From Hydrolagus colliei (lineage: Eukaryota), in NCBI GenBank assembly GCA_035084275.1, contig CM068779.1:310001-374000 (forward strand): a stretch of 64,000 nucleotides of DNA. Reading direction: 5' to 3'. The notes beneath the pieces are model-generated. The model searched no databases, was not told where the DNA came from, and saw only the letters and a list, made by a program, of their open reading frames with translations. The position numbers and the translations under genes are program-made. This document shows, one piece after another, positions 1 through 12,929 of this stretch; within the stretch, counting starts at the first letter, position 1; each line of letters opens with the position of its first letter.

Positions 1-38
1 TAGCGAGAGAGACAATGGACTGGACGTTGTGGCTGTAC

Positions 39-549
39 CTGTAGCTGGAAGGGCTGTGGCAGGCCGTGAGGGAAGGTGGATTTGAGGTCACTCGGTGGGA
101 TGGTGTAATGCAGGCCATCGTGGAGTTGCTGGTGATTTGCCAGCGAATAAACCCCGCTTTACACAATCATTTAACACTGTCACTGCACAGCGGAGCTTTC
201 CAACCAAGAGATACACACGGTGCAGGGTGTGTTACGTGTTTTGTACGTGTGCTTGTTGGCACTGTGTGTTGTGTGTCTGTGTGTTGTGCGTGCGTGACTC
301 ACTGGATCTGTTTGGCTGGTCCTGAACACATCTCTGGGAGTTTCTGGGGCTGTGTCCCTCTGCACTGCGGCATGCGCCTCCCACGAGCGGGGGCTGCAGT
401 GAAGGAGACGGGCACGACAGGCCTGGGGGGCAAACAGCACACAGGAACATTGCCTTCGCGAACGTGTAAATGTTACACTGGATCATTGGCACAGGACTCA
501 CTGTTGTAGCAAACTTGGCCATTTTCCTCAGACAGTCCAGCGGCATCAT
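39..549 (-). CDS. DAP3: DAP3 / mitochondrial ribosomal protein S29, first three coding exons (549-502, 422-303, 140-39); the gene continues beyond the window start
   Basis: Spliced translation is MMPLDCLRKMAKFATT | ACRARLLHCSPRSWEAHAAVQRDTAPETPRDVFRTSQTDP | ANHQQLHDGLHYTIPPSDLKSTFPHGLPQPFQLQ. This matches my recollection of the vertebrate DAP3 N-terminus (...[48 protein letters not shown]). All junctions are phase 0. Donors are GTGAGT, GTGAGT and GTACAG. Acceptors are CAG before 551 and 422, but the acceptor before 140 reads TG. Confidence 0.85.
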
Positions 550-789
550 TCCTGCAACACACACAGAGGCCACTTCATTCCAGCTGCTGTGTAACTGCAT
601 TATTTACCCCCGAGACAACAAGGGTCTCCACCTGGCACAGTGAGTCAATATACAGTGTGATGGTAACGGTGCTGTACCAAAAGTCAACATTCTTCTTTCT
701 ACACGCTAGCCTCTGTTTACCTGGCAGGAGGTGGGAATCTGGTTGTTATTGGATTGAGGGATTGCTTTTGGGGGATAACACTATTGCAA

Positions 790-1335
790 AGCCCTCCATG
801 CCGGTTTCCCCTCCACCACAATCCACAAAACCCATCTTATCCAAATCTCTGCCGCCCGCATACTCACCCGCTCTAAGCTTTGATCCCCCATCACCCCAGT
901 CCTTGCCAGACTTCCCTGGCTCCCTATCCCAGAGAGGATCAACTTCAAGATCCTCACCCTTGTTTTCAAATCCCTCCACTCCTCTGCACCCCCCTACCTC
1001 TCCAACCTCCTCTCCCCCCAAACCAGCACCCGCTGCCTTCGCTCCTCTGGGTCTGGCCTCCTCCATGTCCCCCCGAGTGCTCCGCTCCACCCTCGGTGGC
1101 CGTGCCTTTAGCCACTACGCCCCGAGGCTCTGGAACTCCCTTCCTGACTCGCTTCGCCTCGCACCCTCTCTTCCCAGTTTCAGGTCACATTTGCAGACCT
1201 TTCTCTTCGACCGAGCTTTTGATCACCTTCCTGCCTCTGCCCCTGGCTCGGTCCCGGGATCCGCTACTGTGAAGCGCTCTGAGACGCCGTCCGGCGTGGA
1301 GGGCGCTGTATAAATCGAAGTTGTTGTTGTTGTAA
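790..1335 (+). mobile_element. L2 (CR1-superfamily) LINE 3' fragment
   Basis: Broken frames contain the L2 ORF2 C-terminal motifs (...LGGRAFSHYAPRLWNSLPDSLR..FRSHLQTFLF). The fragment ends in the GTGAAGCGCT...GGCGCTGTATAAAT tail plus (GTT)n. Confidence 0.85.
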
Positions 1336-1519
1336 TAAAATAAAAATATTAATTTGGTAACTCAATCCACATCGCTTTGTTAGACAAAGAGGACTGTGAG
1401 ACACGGAGGACTGTGTGTGTCACTCTCTGACTGTGATTGGATCTCACACTATAAAGAGGACTTTTGTCTCTCTCTGTATGTATGTGACCCTCAGTAATGC
1501 AAAATACACGAAGAGCCAG

Positions 1520-2580
1520 ACAGACAGAGGCCTGTATGAGACAGAGAGAGAGAGAGAGAGACTTCTCTACAGATAGTCTCACACATACTCTCATAGAGAC
1601 ACAGGCCTGACACAAACACATCGAGACACACACACACAGTCCCCTGTCTCTTTCTCTGTCGCTCTCTCTCTGACACACAGGGAGAGGGAGACACACATAC
1701 ACATACAGGCCTCTGTCACACACAACTAGACTTATACACACTCACAACAACACTTCAATTCCCCCCAACCATCCAACAAACACATAAAAAAACACACACA
1801 TAGGGAGAGACACACACACACAGGGAGAGACACACACACAGGGAGAGACACACACACACACACACACAGGGAGACACACACACATACACAGGGAGACACA
1901 CACACAGGGACACACACACAGAGAGAGAGACACACACACACACAGGGAGACACACATACACACAGGGAGACACACGTACACACAGGGAGAGATACACACA
2001 GAGAGAGACATATACACACACACAGGGAGACACACATACACACAGGGAGAGACACACACACACATACAGAGACATACACACACGCACACAGGGAGACACA
2101 CATACACACAGGGAGAAACGTAAACACACACAGGGAGACACACACACACACACACACACACACAGGGAGAAACACACACACACACAGGGAGAAACGTAAA
2201 CACACACAGGGAGACACACACAGGGAGACACACACACACACACACACAGGGAGACACACAGGGAGAGACACAGACACACATACACACAGCGAGAGACACA
2301 GACACACAGGCAGACACACATACACACAGGGAGACACACACACACACAGGCAGACACACATACACACAGAGACACACACACACACAGGGAGACACACACA
2401 CACACACATGTAGACGCACACACACACAGGGAGAGACACACAAACAGACACACAGGCCTCTGTCTCTCTCTCTCGTTGTGAGTGTATCTCTGACCAGATC
2501 TTCCTCTCTCTCTCTCCCACCTTCTCTCTGTGTATCGCAGGATGTAACCACCCTCTCTCTCTCTCTCCCCCTGAGCATCT
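1520..2580. repeat. Compound (CA)n/(GA)n low-complexity tract
   Basis: Reiterated CACACACAGGGAGA(GA) units. This tract explains the Cys/Val-rich spurious ORFs. Confidence 0.95.
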
Positions 2581-2619
2581 GTGTCCCTGTATCTCAGGCT
2601 GTACACAGGCAACCAGTGG

Positions 2620-2710
2620 TAACCAGTGATTGACAGGAGAGTGAGAGGGAGACGCCCCCCGTTTCCCTAATAACCAGTCATTGACAGGAGAGAGAGAGAG
2701 ACCCGCCCAC
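2620..2710. promoter_or_regulatory. Candidate DAP3 promoter: duplicated TGATTGACAG (PBX-PREP type) motif plus GC box
   Basis: TGATTGACAG at 2627-2636 and TCATTGACAG at 2678-2687 lie in a 51-bp-spaced direct repeat, with CCCGCCC at 2702-2708. The site is upstream of DAP3. The non-coding first exon was not located. Confidence 0.35.
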
Positions 2711-3069
2711 TGGCTGTCACTGGATTGTTTTTAATAAAATCTTAACATTGTTTGGTATTTGGCTTTTTTCCAATTTAGATTTTTTAAATTATTTTAAAAT
2801 CATTTTAAAAATTATTTTTAGTTGTTTTGTATTTCTTTTTTCCCCCTCCAATTAATGAATGAATTACTTATTATTTCTTATCTAATAATGATTTCAGTAT
2901 TATGTAATTATTTGTTGTATGTGGGGTTGTTATTAGACGTGTGGAGATGGAAACCTGCCCAAGCTGCACCCTGTCTGGAATTGAACCCAGTTCTCTGGCT
3001 TGTGAGGCGATTGCTTCAAACACTGAGCTACAGGACTGCACCAACATACACCTTATAACTGTATGTAGG

Positions 3070-3900
3070 TTTGTCTGTGTGTGTGTGTGGGGGGGGGGCT
3101 GTGTGTGTGGGGGTACTATATACGTGTGTGTGTGTGGGGGGGGTGTATGTCTGCGTGAGGGGCTTTATGTGTGTGGAGGGGCTGAGTGGATGTCTGTGGG
3201 AATGGCGAGCTGTATGTAGGGGGGGTGGGTGTCAGTATGAGGGGCCCGTATGTGGAGGGTGTGGCTGTGTTTCTGTGCGGGGGCTGTATATGTGTGGGGG
3301 CTGTGTCTCTGGGTGTGAGAGGCGGGAGCTGAGTGTGTGTGTCTACCCCCGTTTCTGTGCGTATGTTTCTAGCCTCCCTCTCTCTGAACGTGTGTGTCTC
3401 TCTCTCATTCTGTATGTGTATATCCCCCCACTCTCTCTATATATCTGTGTGAGTGTCTTCCCCCCCTCCCTATGTCTGCGTGTCTCCCACACCACCCTCT
3501 ATCCCTCTCTCTATATGAGTGTGTGTGTCTTGCTCCATATGTATGTATGTCTTCACCTTCTCTATATATGTCTGTATATATGGGTGTCTCCCCTCTCTCT
3601 GTATATGTGTGCCTCTCCCTCTCTCTATGTGATTTATTGCCCCTTCTCTCCCTGCATGTGTGTGTGTGCACCATCCCCCTCTCTGTATGTATGTGTGTCT
3701 ATACCTCTCTCTCTGTATGTGCGTGTCTCCCCCTCTCTCTGTGCATATGCGTGTCTCCCCTCTCTTTGAGTATGTTTCTCGCCCCCATCTCTATATGTCT
3801 ATGTGTCTCTCTCCCTGTATGTGTGTCTCCCTCCTCTCTCTATGTTCTTATGTGTGTGTGTCATCCACACTCTCTCTGTATAAGTGTGTTTCTCTCCCCT
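3070..3900. repeat. (GT)n/(CT)n low-complexity tract
   Basis: Degenerate GT, GGG and CT dinucleotide runs. Confidence 0.9.
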
Positions 3901-3904
3901 CTCC

Positions 3905-5092
3905 CTGAGGTCCTACCTCTCCCATCGTCTTCACTTTGTCGCCGTCAATGGCATTTCCACTAGCCCCCGCACTGTCTCGTGCGGCGTCCCTCAGGGCTCT
4001 GTCTTCGGTCCCCTCCTCTTCACCCTCTATATGCTCCCCCTTGGTGACATTATCCGCAGACATGGGGTTAACTTCCACATGTATGCGGTTGACACCCAAC
4101 TCTACCTCCTCTTTTACCCTCAACTCCAGTACCACCGATATCCTGACAGCCTGCTTGTCTGACATCGAGTGCTTGACGCGAGATACCTTTCTTCAGCTCA
4201 ACCTGCGCAAAACTGAGGCCCTCCTGATTGGCTAGCGTCAGCGCCTCCGCACCTCAGGCGCTGAAAGCATCAGCATCCAAGGCTGGAGTCTCCACCTCAC
4301 TAAGCCAATCAGGAACCTCGGTTTTGTGTTTGACCCTGAGCTCTCCTTTCTTCGACACATCCGCGTGAGGAACAACTGGCAAAGCCTTTCACTACCTCCC
4401 GAATATTGCCAGGCTCCGGCACTGCCTCACCCCTCACGCTGCCGAAACCCTGGTCCACGCCTTTATCACCTCAAGTCTGGACTATGGGAACTCTCTCCTC
4501 GGCGGCCTTCCGGGCACCTCCCTCCACAAGCTGCAGGTCACTCAGAACTCTGCAGCTCATGTACTGACCCGCACCAGGCTTCGGGACCACATCACCCCCA
4601 CCCTCGCTCACCTCCACTGCGCTCCCTATCTCCCAGAGGATCGAATTCAAGATCCTCATCCTTACCTTCAAGGCGATTCATGGCCTTACTCCCTCCTACC
4701 TCTGCGAACTTCTATCCCCCTACTTCCCCACCCTTACACTCCGTTCCTCTGGCTCCGGTCTCCTCCACGCCCCCAGCCCTAACCACCCCACCATTGGTGG
4801 TCGGGCCTTCAGCCTCTCGGCACCTAGGCTATGGAACTCCATTCCTCAGTGCCTTCGTCTCGTTTCCTCCCTTTCCTCCTTCAAGGCCGGTCTGACGACC
4901 TTTCTCTTCAATGGTGCCTTCGGCTCCCCCTCTCGACTCTGTGCCCCCTCCTCGCTCCCTCCCTCCCTTCCCTTCCCTCACCCTGACCACTTCCCCCCTG
5001 CTCGGGTCCCGACCCAGCTGTTGAGCGCCTTGGGAATTCCTCCCGACGTGAAAGGCGCTCTATAAGTGCAATCTTGTTGTTGTTATTGTTGA
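3905..5092 (+). mobile_element. L2 LINE 3' portion (RT C-half), frameshifted
   Basis: Motifs [51 protein letters not shown] and FDPELSF are present, followed by an L2-type tail and (GTT)n. Confidence 0.9.
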
Positions 5093-5465
5093 GAGAGAGG
5101 ATGTGGATTACAAGACTGCCATTGTATCAAACAAAATGTCTGTGCTTTCAATAACAACAATTACTTTTGATATATATGTGAAACGTTCAGCAGACGTCTC
5201 AAAAAAACACGTTAGGCAGATTACTGGGTTTCGCATTTCTAGAACATTGCATTTATATTTTAAGGAATAGGTTTTATTTAGACTAATACAGTGGTCGATA
5301 ACCTGTTATGTTTGAGAATCAAATGAACAGCAATCACTTTTCGTCAGCAGATATTTCGATTAATTTATGAGAGTTGAAGCGTTCTCCTGTTCAAATTCAT
5401 CCCGAAACACAGAGATTAAATACGTTATTTACTGCAACACAATTTGAACCGTAGACAATACAACG

Positions 5466-5538
5466 ACCCGTCTAGCTCAGTCGGTAGAGCATGAGACTCT
5501 TAATCTCAAGGTCGTGGGTTGGGGCCCCACGTTGGGCG
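5466..5538 (+). pseudogene. tRNA-Lys(CTT), probably a pseudogene
   Basis: Near-canonical Lys-CTT sequence, but the T-loop/B-box TTCGAG reads TTGGGG and the acceptor stem carries changes (G1>A). Confidence 0.8.
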
Positions 5539-7749
5539 ACGCAATTTGTAAAGCTACGCATTTGCAGGCATTCTGGATTTAATCTGATTAGGAAATATAC
5601 ACACCTCAACACACAGAGTCTCTTTCGATTAAGGCAAACCTTTTATGATACTTTGAAAAAATCTTTACAAATAATGAAGATCTTTTGATGCAACATATTC
5701 AGACGACAAGGAACGAGCTTCTGCGAAATAGTTAGAAATTAAATACATCTTGTACATCCGTATCCGTACCAAGGATTCTCCCGCAAAATATACTGTAAAT
5801 TCACTTTGCATTATTGGTTGGGAAGCGCTTTGAGACGTCACATTGAACTGTTAAGGACTTTCATTGAAATGTTCAATCAACAATTGATGCTTTGTGTGGC
5901 CACAATCAGAGCAAAGTGGTAGTTAGCAGCAAAATAGTAAAATAATCACGATGTTTAATTTGTCTCTGGTGTTTTGAAATTCATAATAACTGAAAGTATT
6001 AACTGAACAGAAGCCGGGCTGAATTTAAGTAAATTTTGACCAATTACAGCCGCTATGTGCTTCTGTGGTGTATTGTTTTGGGAGAAAGCCTTCGTACGGA
6101 TACAGATGATATGCAAAATATGTTAAAGATATAATTAATTGTTAACTGTTTTGCAGAAAATTGTTTCTAGTTTTCTGAATATGTTGCATCAATGTTTTCT
6201 GGAGCAAGTATGCAACGGCAGCATCCAATCCTACTTCGAGGCCACAGAGAAACACTGGGCAACGGACAGTTTCCAAGCTTGGCTCTTTTTAGGCAATATA
6301 TATTTTATTTCTACACATTCATTTTCTATACATATTATGCAGCGCAGCGGATATCAAATTCTTCTCACACACATGAGTTCCCAGGTTTGAAACATGCTGG
6401 ACACATTCTTCCGTTACTTTCAAACAGAAAATCTAATAATTTTCTCGTGGTCGAAATGAACGCTATCCAATCAGTAAGGAGAAGTGAAAAAAAAAATGAA
6501 CCGAGTAACAGAACGTAATTTACAATACTATTTCATGTTCTACAAAGTAATTCGTCTGGCAATTAAGTTGCGTGTAACTTATTTTCCTGAATGGTTTGCA
6601 TTTTATCAAATGTATTTCCCCTTTTGAAAACTAATGAGGGAACGTAACTTTCTGAGAATGCAAATGGTTGGATTGATAAGAATCTGAGGATTTACACAGC
6701 CAGTTTTTAGTACAAGTAACGTATCAACAACTTTTATTTGCTTTGCGCCATTCATGCAAAAATGGAAGCATCTAATAAAACGCACCACATGATTTGAACT
6801 TCAGAAACACAAGCTGTGGAAGTGGAATGGTCTGCCATTTTTCAAGTTCTGATGATATGCTGAGCACGCATGCAGTACAGTTTCCTCATAAATATATTTT
6901 GCAAAAATCTGAACCCTCCTTAGGTTTCCCGAAAAACGAAATCTCTACAACTGGCCATTGAGAAGGTCGCTGATGGGAAGGGAAGGTAAGATCATGCATT
7001 TTGACAACATTTCTGCTCCTCATAAGAAAACAAGATTCTACACGCGGATCTTTGCTGTTCTTAGAATGCAATTGTAATAGAATTCGTTTTGCATTCGATA
7101 TCACGCTTTTCGCGTCTTCCTGAAGGAAACAAAACGCTTCATGGAACATACTATTGAATGAATTAACTGTATATTTGTGGGCGAAGCCAATTGTGCACGG
7201 TAGTTTCCATAAACAGATGTGTAAAACAAACAAAAGTGACCAATTCTATTATTATTTTGCTTGTGTGATATGTATCGGGCTTGTTGACAACAGATATTCG
7301 CCGATTATTCAGCCATCCGGGAATCGAACCCACATCTCTCGATTTCAATGCATACGATCCTACCACAGTTCGAAATGACTCCTCTGCGTTTAGAAGCATT
7401 TATGCTAAAGAACAAATAATCGTAAAATAAAATAACCTACTTACAAAGGTTAAACGACGATCAGAAAACAAATGCTTGGATGACTAACAAAACTGCGCCC
7501 ACAATACACAATAAATTCACTTTAGGGTATAATCTGTGAAGTGCCTTGAGGTATCTCGAAGATAAGTTAAGGCGTTTTATCAAATGCAAGGATTATTATT
7601 ATTACTATCACTCATTAATACTTCTTTAGCAATTCCAATGGTAGATTTAAACTTCAAGTTGCTCATATGTTATGTAACTGTTTGTGTTTAAATGACAATC
7701 TCACAACAGTGCATGTGAACTGAAGGCGGGCAAAGCTTCGTGGCAGAGA

Positions 7750-7831
7750 GACGGGGTGGCCGAGTGGTTAAGGCGATGGACTGCTAATCCATTGTGCTCT
7801 GCACGCGTGGGTTCGAATCCCACCCCCGTCG
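7750..7831 (+). tRNA. tRNA-Ser(GCT)
   Basis: 82-nt cloverleaf with long variable arm, intact A and B boxes, and acceptor stem GACGGGG/CCCCGTC fully paired. Confidence 0.95.
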
Positions 7832-8335
7832 CTCTAGGTACTCTCAATTGTGAGTTGATTTGCAGCAGCTGAGTTAACTAGTTCCTTCGAATTAGTATCA
7901 TTTCCATCATCGAGCATGAAATCAAGGAATTATACTTATTTTAGAAACTGGACAATTTGCCAGGTCTTGTCCTACACTGAAATCCGCTTTCACTTTCCAA
8001 TGCGATGCTAAACACACATTAGTTAGCAACACACCTTATTAATACGATGACGTACACAGCGATTAAGTGTACCTACATGTGAAACCAGACCGATTGATTA
8101 TTTATATTTTAAAAAGTGAACAAGATAATGATATTTCGAATAGATTTTACAAGAAATTGATGGAGATTTAAACTAGGAGATTTGAGTATAATTGGGGGAA
8201 TAGTGGAAGAGAGAGTGGTGTGAGAGGAGAAGGAGATGGGGAAATGGTCCGAGATGGCCTCGTTCACGATGCTGATGTCCAGGCTGTGGGTGAGGACAAG
8301 GTCGAGTACTTTCTAGCAGAAGGGTCTAGACAGAA

Positions 8336-8410
8336 GTCTCTGTGGCGCAATTGGTTAGCGCGTTCGGCTGTTAATTGTAAAGGTTGGCGGTTCAAGCCCA
8401 CCCAGGGGCG
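8336..8410 (+). pseudogene. tRNA-Asn(GTT), degenerate
   Basis: Asn-GTT-like sequence. The 3' side of the anticodon stem reads TTGTAA instead of CCGAA (mismatches plus a 1-nt insertion). Confidence 0.8.
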
Positions 8411-9123
8411 ATGCACATTCAGAAGAAATCTATACTTCTTCATTATTTACTTATGCTTGAAAGAATGTCATGAGCAACTTAGTATTGGTTCTTTTCTTAT
8501 TGTTTGCTTCAGTGCCAATTTTCTAGGATTTGTAACTGATATATTTAACTTGATATCCGACATACGAATCGGAGGATATTGTTAAATTATTCTGATCTGC
8601 AGGAAGGCTTTGCCCAGGACCTTGTCAACTCAGCTAATTGCAGTTAATGTCTCCAGATTCATCCAGGATTATCTTATCCGTAATCAGTTGCATGAACACT
8701 CACAATCGGCAACATCAGTTACACTCGGGTTCTTCTCAACTCAAACAATTAACAACCTCAGCCTTCAAGATGCTGAAAGCCTGGAGCTCACCATCCATTT
8801 AAGTAAGAAGTTGAGGTGGAATCGAACAAAGAAGAATTCACGAAGACACTCCACTCTCAATGATTCATTGTGTAAGTGATGTGTGTAAACCTTTTGCTGT
8901 TGATGGTAGCTATGGATTGATAATTTATCCCAAGTTTTCAGGTTATATTTTCTGCAATAAAAGCTAGTCATCCCATTTGTTAATGTATGAAAGATACTGC
9001 GCTATGGGTTAAGAGAAAGTATATCCATAACAGCAGCAGATGGCGTGTTAATTTCTGTAGTTTAATAACACATAGTTTCTTATGCTTTTCATTAACTGTT
9101 CTGTACGTGGAGCCAAGTGTACA

Positions 9124-9189
9124 GCCGTATAGTGGTTAGTACTCTGCGTGGTGGCCGCAGCAACCTCGGTTCGAATCCCAGTCACGGCA
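9124..9189 (+). pseudogene. tRNA-His(GTG) pseudogene with a 6-nt 5' deletion
   Basis: Begins GCCGTATAG instead of GCCGTGATCGTATAG. The rest matches His-GTG, and the length is 66 nt. Confidence 0.85.
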
Positions 9190-10439
9190 AACACCATATA
9201 TTTTCGTTTTAAATATTCCTGAATTGTTTGAATGGAATCTCAGTGCACAACGAATGTGAAATTACCAGCAGTTTGCACTTAATCAAACTCAGTTATATCG
9301 ATCTAATCGCTGGTGCTAATATAACATCAATTCTACTGAGATCATTACTGTCTCTGGTGCTAAAACCTGCTATCACATGAAGTTTAACAGATGAACTAGA
9401 ATAAAACCTTCTAGTTATCAGCGAGATATTAGAATACCATCATCAAGCTTACATCATGATTGTGACTCACGTGCTGCCTACCTGTGGAATGTCCTGCATT
9501 TGGAATGGAATGAACACGGTTTACTCGGCGATCAGCTTCTGTTTAATTGATTCCAGACAGAACCAGAGAGTGGGAAACTGCTGGAGTTTAACCAGCGCGA
9601 AACAAAACGGTGAGAGTCGAAATGAACCCCGGCTATATCTTTAATTGAATGGGTTTCTGCTTATCTTGGTGCCAAATTACTCAAGTTAAAGTCGAAAATA
9701 AATTCACGGCTGTTTGTTTGGAGGAATTGGTTTAGAATTTTAAGAGGCAGAGAGAGAGGGGGGGGGGGGGGGGGGGGGGGATGAGAGAGAGACTTAACAG
9801 AAATACACTGTCACATCTGCCAGGTAAACAGAATATCATAGGAAGGTCTGGGGATCGTCTCGATGATGTGTTAACACATTGTATGATAGAAACATAGATT
9901 CATAGAATTGTACGTCACAAAAGGCCCATCTAGTCTAGTCTGTGTGTAGTGAGTGTTGCAGGTCCTTTTGTAGGAATAGGAAAGGTGTCCAGAGTGGGAG
10001 TGGGAAAAGTTGCCAGAGTGGGAGTAGTAGAAGTTCCTGTATTGGGAGTGGGAGGAGCTCCGATAAAGGAGCTGTTTGATTCTCTATCGGCGAAATACGG
10101 TCCACAGTGCAGCAGAATTAAAAGGGGAAGATAAAACTGCAGGAAGATAATGGAGTTGAACAAAAACAATACATGACAAATTATCGGCAGTTCATTATTA
10201 ATCTAGAGAAACTAGCAGAGAGACGATGGTAACATTCGAGGAGATAATTGATTTTAATGTTCGTTTCTGTCCTAAACTACATTAATTTTAGAAAGAGATG
10301 TGTGCTCTAACTCCAAACATATGGGAAGGAACATTATAACAGGGCGGCCTCGAGTTTTCAAGAAAATCCCCTTTGAAATGCCAACCCACCACCCCCGGTA
10401 CATTAACTGGCACAACATGAGCCTCTCGGTCTTTCGCCA

Positions 10440-10960
10440 TTTGCCATTTTGTGTCAATCTCCTGTCTGGCAAGCTGCAGAAATCTCCAGTGAGTGTCGTA
10501 TCGTTGCCTAACACCATTTGGACCCCTGTCACGCAGCAGGTCATGGTCCTCAACATCAAATTCCTCCACGGCCTCCATCCTCCCGCACTCTGTGACCACC
10601 TACAAACTCCTAACCACCTACAAACGTCTTCACTCTTTCTGGTCAGTGGGTTCCAACCATATTCACGTTGCCTACGTTACCCATTCCACAATTGGCGAAC
10701 TGGCCTCCAACCTCTCTGACCCCTCACTGGAGCGACAACCAACCATTCCTAGATCTTGTCCATTGCGTTGTGCTATAATTCCTCGTCTGAAGACGCTCCT
10801 CTTCAGCCGTGCGTTGGATTACCTGACTTTCCCTCCTCCCCCCATCCACCTCCCCTCCTGATCCGAAACAACACCCCAAGAGCGGACCCCCCACTGTTTA
10901 TCGCTTTGGCGTTTCACCCCGATGTGAAAGGCGGTATAAATATACAAGATGACTTTGTGT
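10440..10960 (+). mobile_element. L2 LINE 3' fragment, degenerate
   Basis: Remnant L2 C-terminal motifs (LKTLLFSRA) and a GTGAAAGGCGGTATAAAT tail. Confidence 0.7.
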
Positions 10961-11750
10961 TGGTGATTCAATCAAACTGCCCCTGACCTCTCTGTGGTGG
11001 TCACCGCATAACAGGTACGTCACATAAAGGCTTCAGCTTCACGCATTCACTGCAGTGACACCAGCACCTCGTCATGGTCTGAAACCAGACATATTGCCTG
11101 CACACGTGTTATGCAATAGAACAACAACCATAACAAAAAATATATTGATAGAGCGCTTTTCACGTCGAGAGGACGTCTCAAGGCTGCCGCAGTTCCCATA
11201 GGGAACACGATTTGTATCCAGTGTCTCAGATATTTCCGTTTCTTCGGTTTGATTAGAAGCGGCTTTTTTAAAAAAAAGAATATCTATATAATCACCGCCT
11301 ACACACTTCCACCGATTTCGCACTTCCGGAGATTCGTTCATCAAGTTTCATATCTCTCCGCTTACAGCTGACTCCATTTGTCTCTCTCCTTGAGGTTTTC
11401 TTCTGTGCATTCTGTAATCCATCTGCTAGCTCGGTAATAATATTTATGGAGTTCAATATTGAACGCAGTGTCAAAATGACTGGGCAGAACCGTTGGGATT
11501 TCTCTTAAATTGCCTGAGATTGCACGAGATCCCACAATCTCCTTCATTAACATCTAATGTCTGTTTGCTTTTAATCACTTGTATTTAAGTCACATTTAAC
11601 AACAACACATTCCTATTATCTGAGCCCTTCTTCAGGTTCCGCATAACACTGAACTGAGCAAGACTATATCACAACCACAGAACTGTTACTCCATGGCCTC
11701 CAGTGTTCTCCACTGATGCAGCTCACTTGACTAAAACCAAGGACAACTCG

Positions 11751-11844
11751 TGCTCTGGGTGAGGATCGAACTCACAACCTCGGCATCACTCGAGCAAGTA
11801 CTGTCATATAAGTACCGTGCGCTAACCTATTGCGCAACTCGAGC
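11751..11844 (-). tRNA. Intron-containing tRNA-Ile(TAT), with acceptor-stem mismatches
   Basis: Reverse complement is GCTCGAGTTGCGCAATAGGTTAGCGCACGGTACTTATA-[TGACAGTACTTGCTCGAGTG, 20 nt]-ATGCCGAGGTTGTGAGTTCGATCCTCACCCAGAGCA. There are two mismatches in the acceptor stem, so function is uncertain. Confidence 0.8.
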
Positions 11845-12716
11845 TGCTTTAGTATATTCTCTGGTTCATTATTACAACAATGTTAACACCACATTAGCAG
11901 CGGGCTATTAGCGTTAAATTCCGAGTCTAGATTATTTGAAACAACACTTTGTTTTTCAATTATCATTTTGAGGAACGACTCGCAGCCTCATATTTAATGG
12001 AAGAATTTGCAAACTGTCAGGCCACGTAGATAATGTGTTCAAGTTTTTAGAGCCTGAAACAACTGATATAAACTGCAGCAGAACTCATACAGGAAACTGT
12101 TGTGTAGAATGTGTTATTCGAAATTTTATTTAGAAAATCACTTGTCGCTTGTTCACTTTAGCGAATACATGCGACTTAAAACTAAACACCGTTTGTTTTT
12201 GTAACCTTGGTCTGAAAAGGAAGATCAGCATTTTGTTTAATTTTGACTAACTGTGTACTTTAAGAAAAGATAATCAGAAAATACATTTCTCCAACTGCTT
12301 GCCAATAGTTGGTCATTTTGTATCCAACGAGTGTACACATTGAACTCTCACAGCGTGGAATGCAGGGAGTATTAAACACCTATGTACTTCCTGGTGGGCA
12401 ACATGAATCACAGACCTTGGCATTGTCACTTTCTTAATTTCTATTTGCCATCAATAAGAACAATAACCAAATTACACCTTTTAAGCGGCTTTCACGTCGG
12501 GATGAAGTTCTCTGGCGCTGGACAGTCAGTGTTTACACTCCATACATAACGAGAAGGAATCCAGTATCACCGGTGAACAAAATGCACTTTTGTCCATAAA
12601 AGACAGCAACCACACGTGCTGAAACACCACAGCGATCTGAGAATGATAACTTGAAGAACAACTGTTGTCTATCGGCTTATTTTGTTGTTGTTTTGTCGGC
12701 AGCTAAATTATACGTA

Positions 12717-12788
12717 AGGTTCCACCGAGATTTGAACTCGGATTGCTGGATTCAGAGTCCAGAGTGCTCACCATTACACCATGGAACC
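12717..12788 (-). tRNA. tRNA-Gln(CTG)
   Basis: 72-nt canonical vertebrate Gln-CTG sequence with intact stems and boxes. Confidence 0.95.
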
Positions 12789-12929
12789 TGTGGCTGCAAA
12801 CCGATATTATTCTGATATTGCATTGGAATACTCAGTGGTGTCGAATTAATAGGTTGTTGTCGAGTCACTTCAAGCCAGAACTACGCAGTAGATTCTCAAA
12901 GCACGTTCTCCCAAACGGTCAGAGGTAAT

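Noticed and set aside
1732-3963. Long Cys/Val/Leu-rich ORFs
   Set aside because: They are translations of (TG)n/(CT)n microsatellites and show no splice or domain structure.
7300-7385. Additional tRNA-like sequences (also near 2.98, 14.2, 18.8, 30.3, 40.0 and 46.75 kb)
   Set aside because: These are SINE heads attached to SINE bodies and have no paired acceptor stem.
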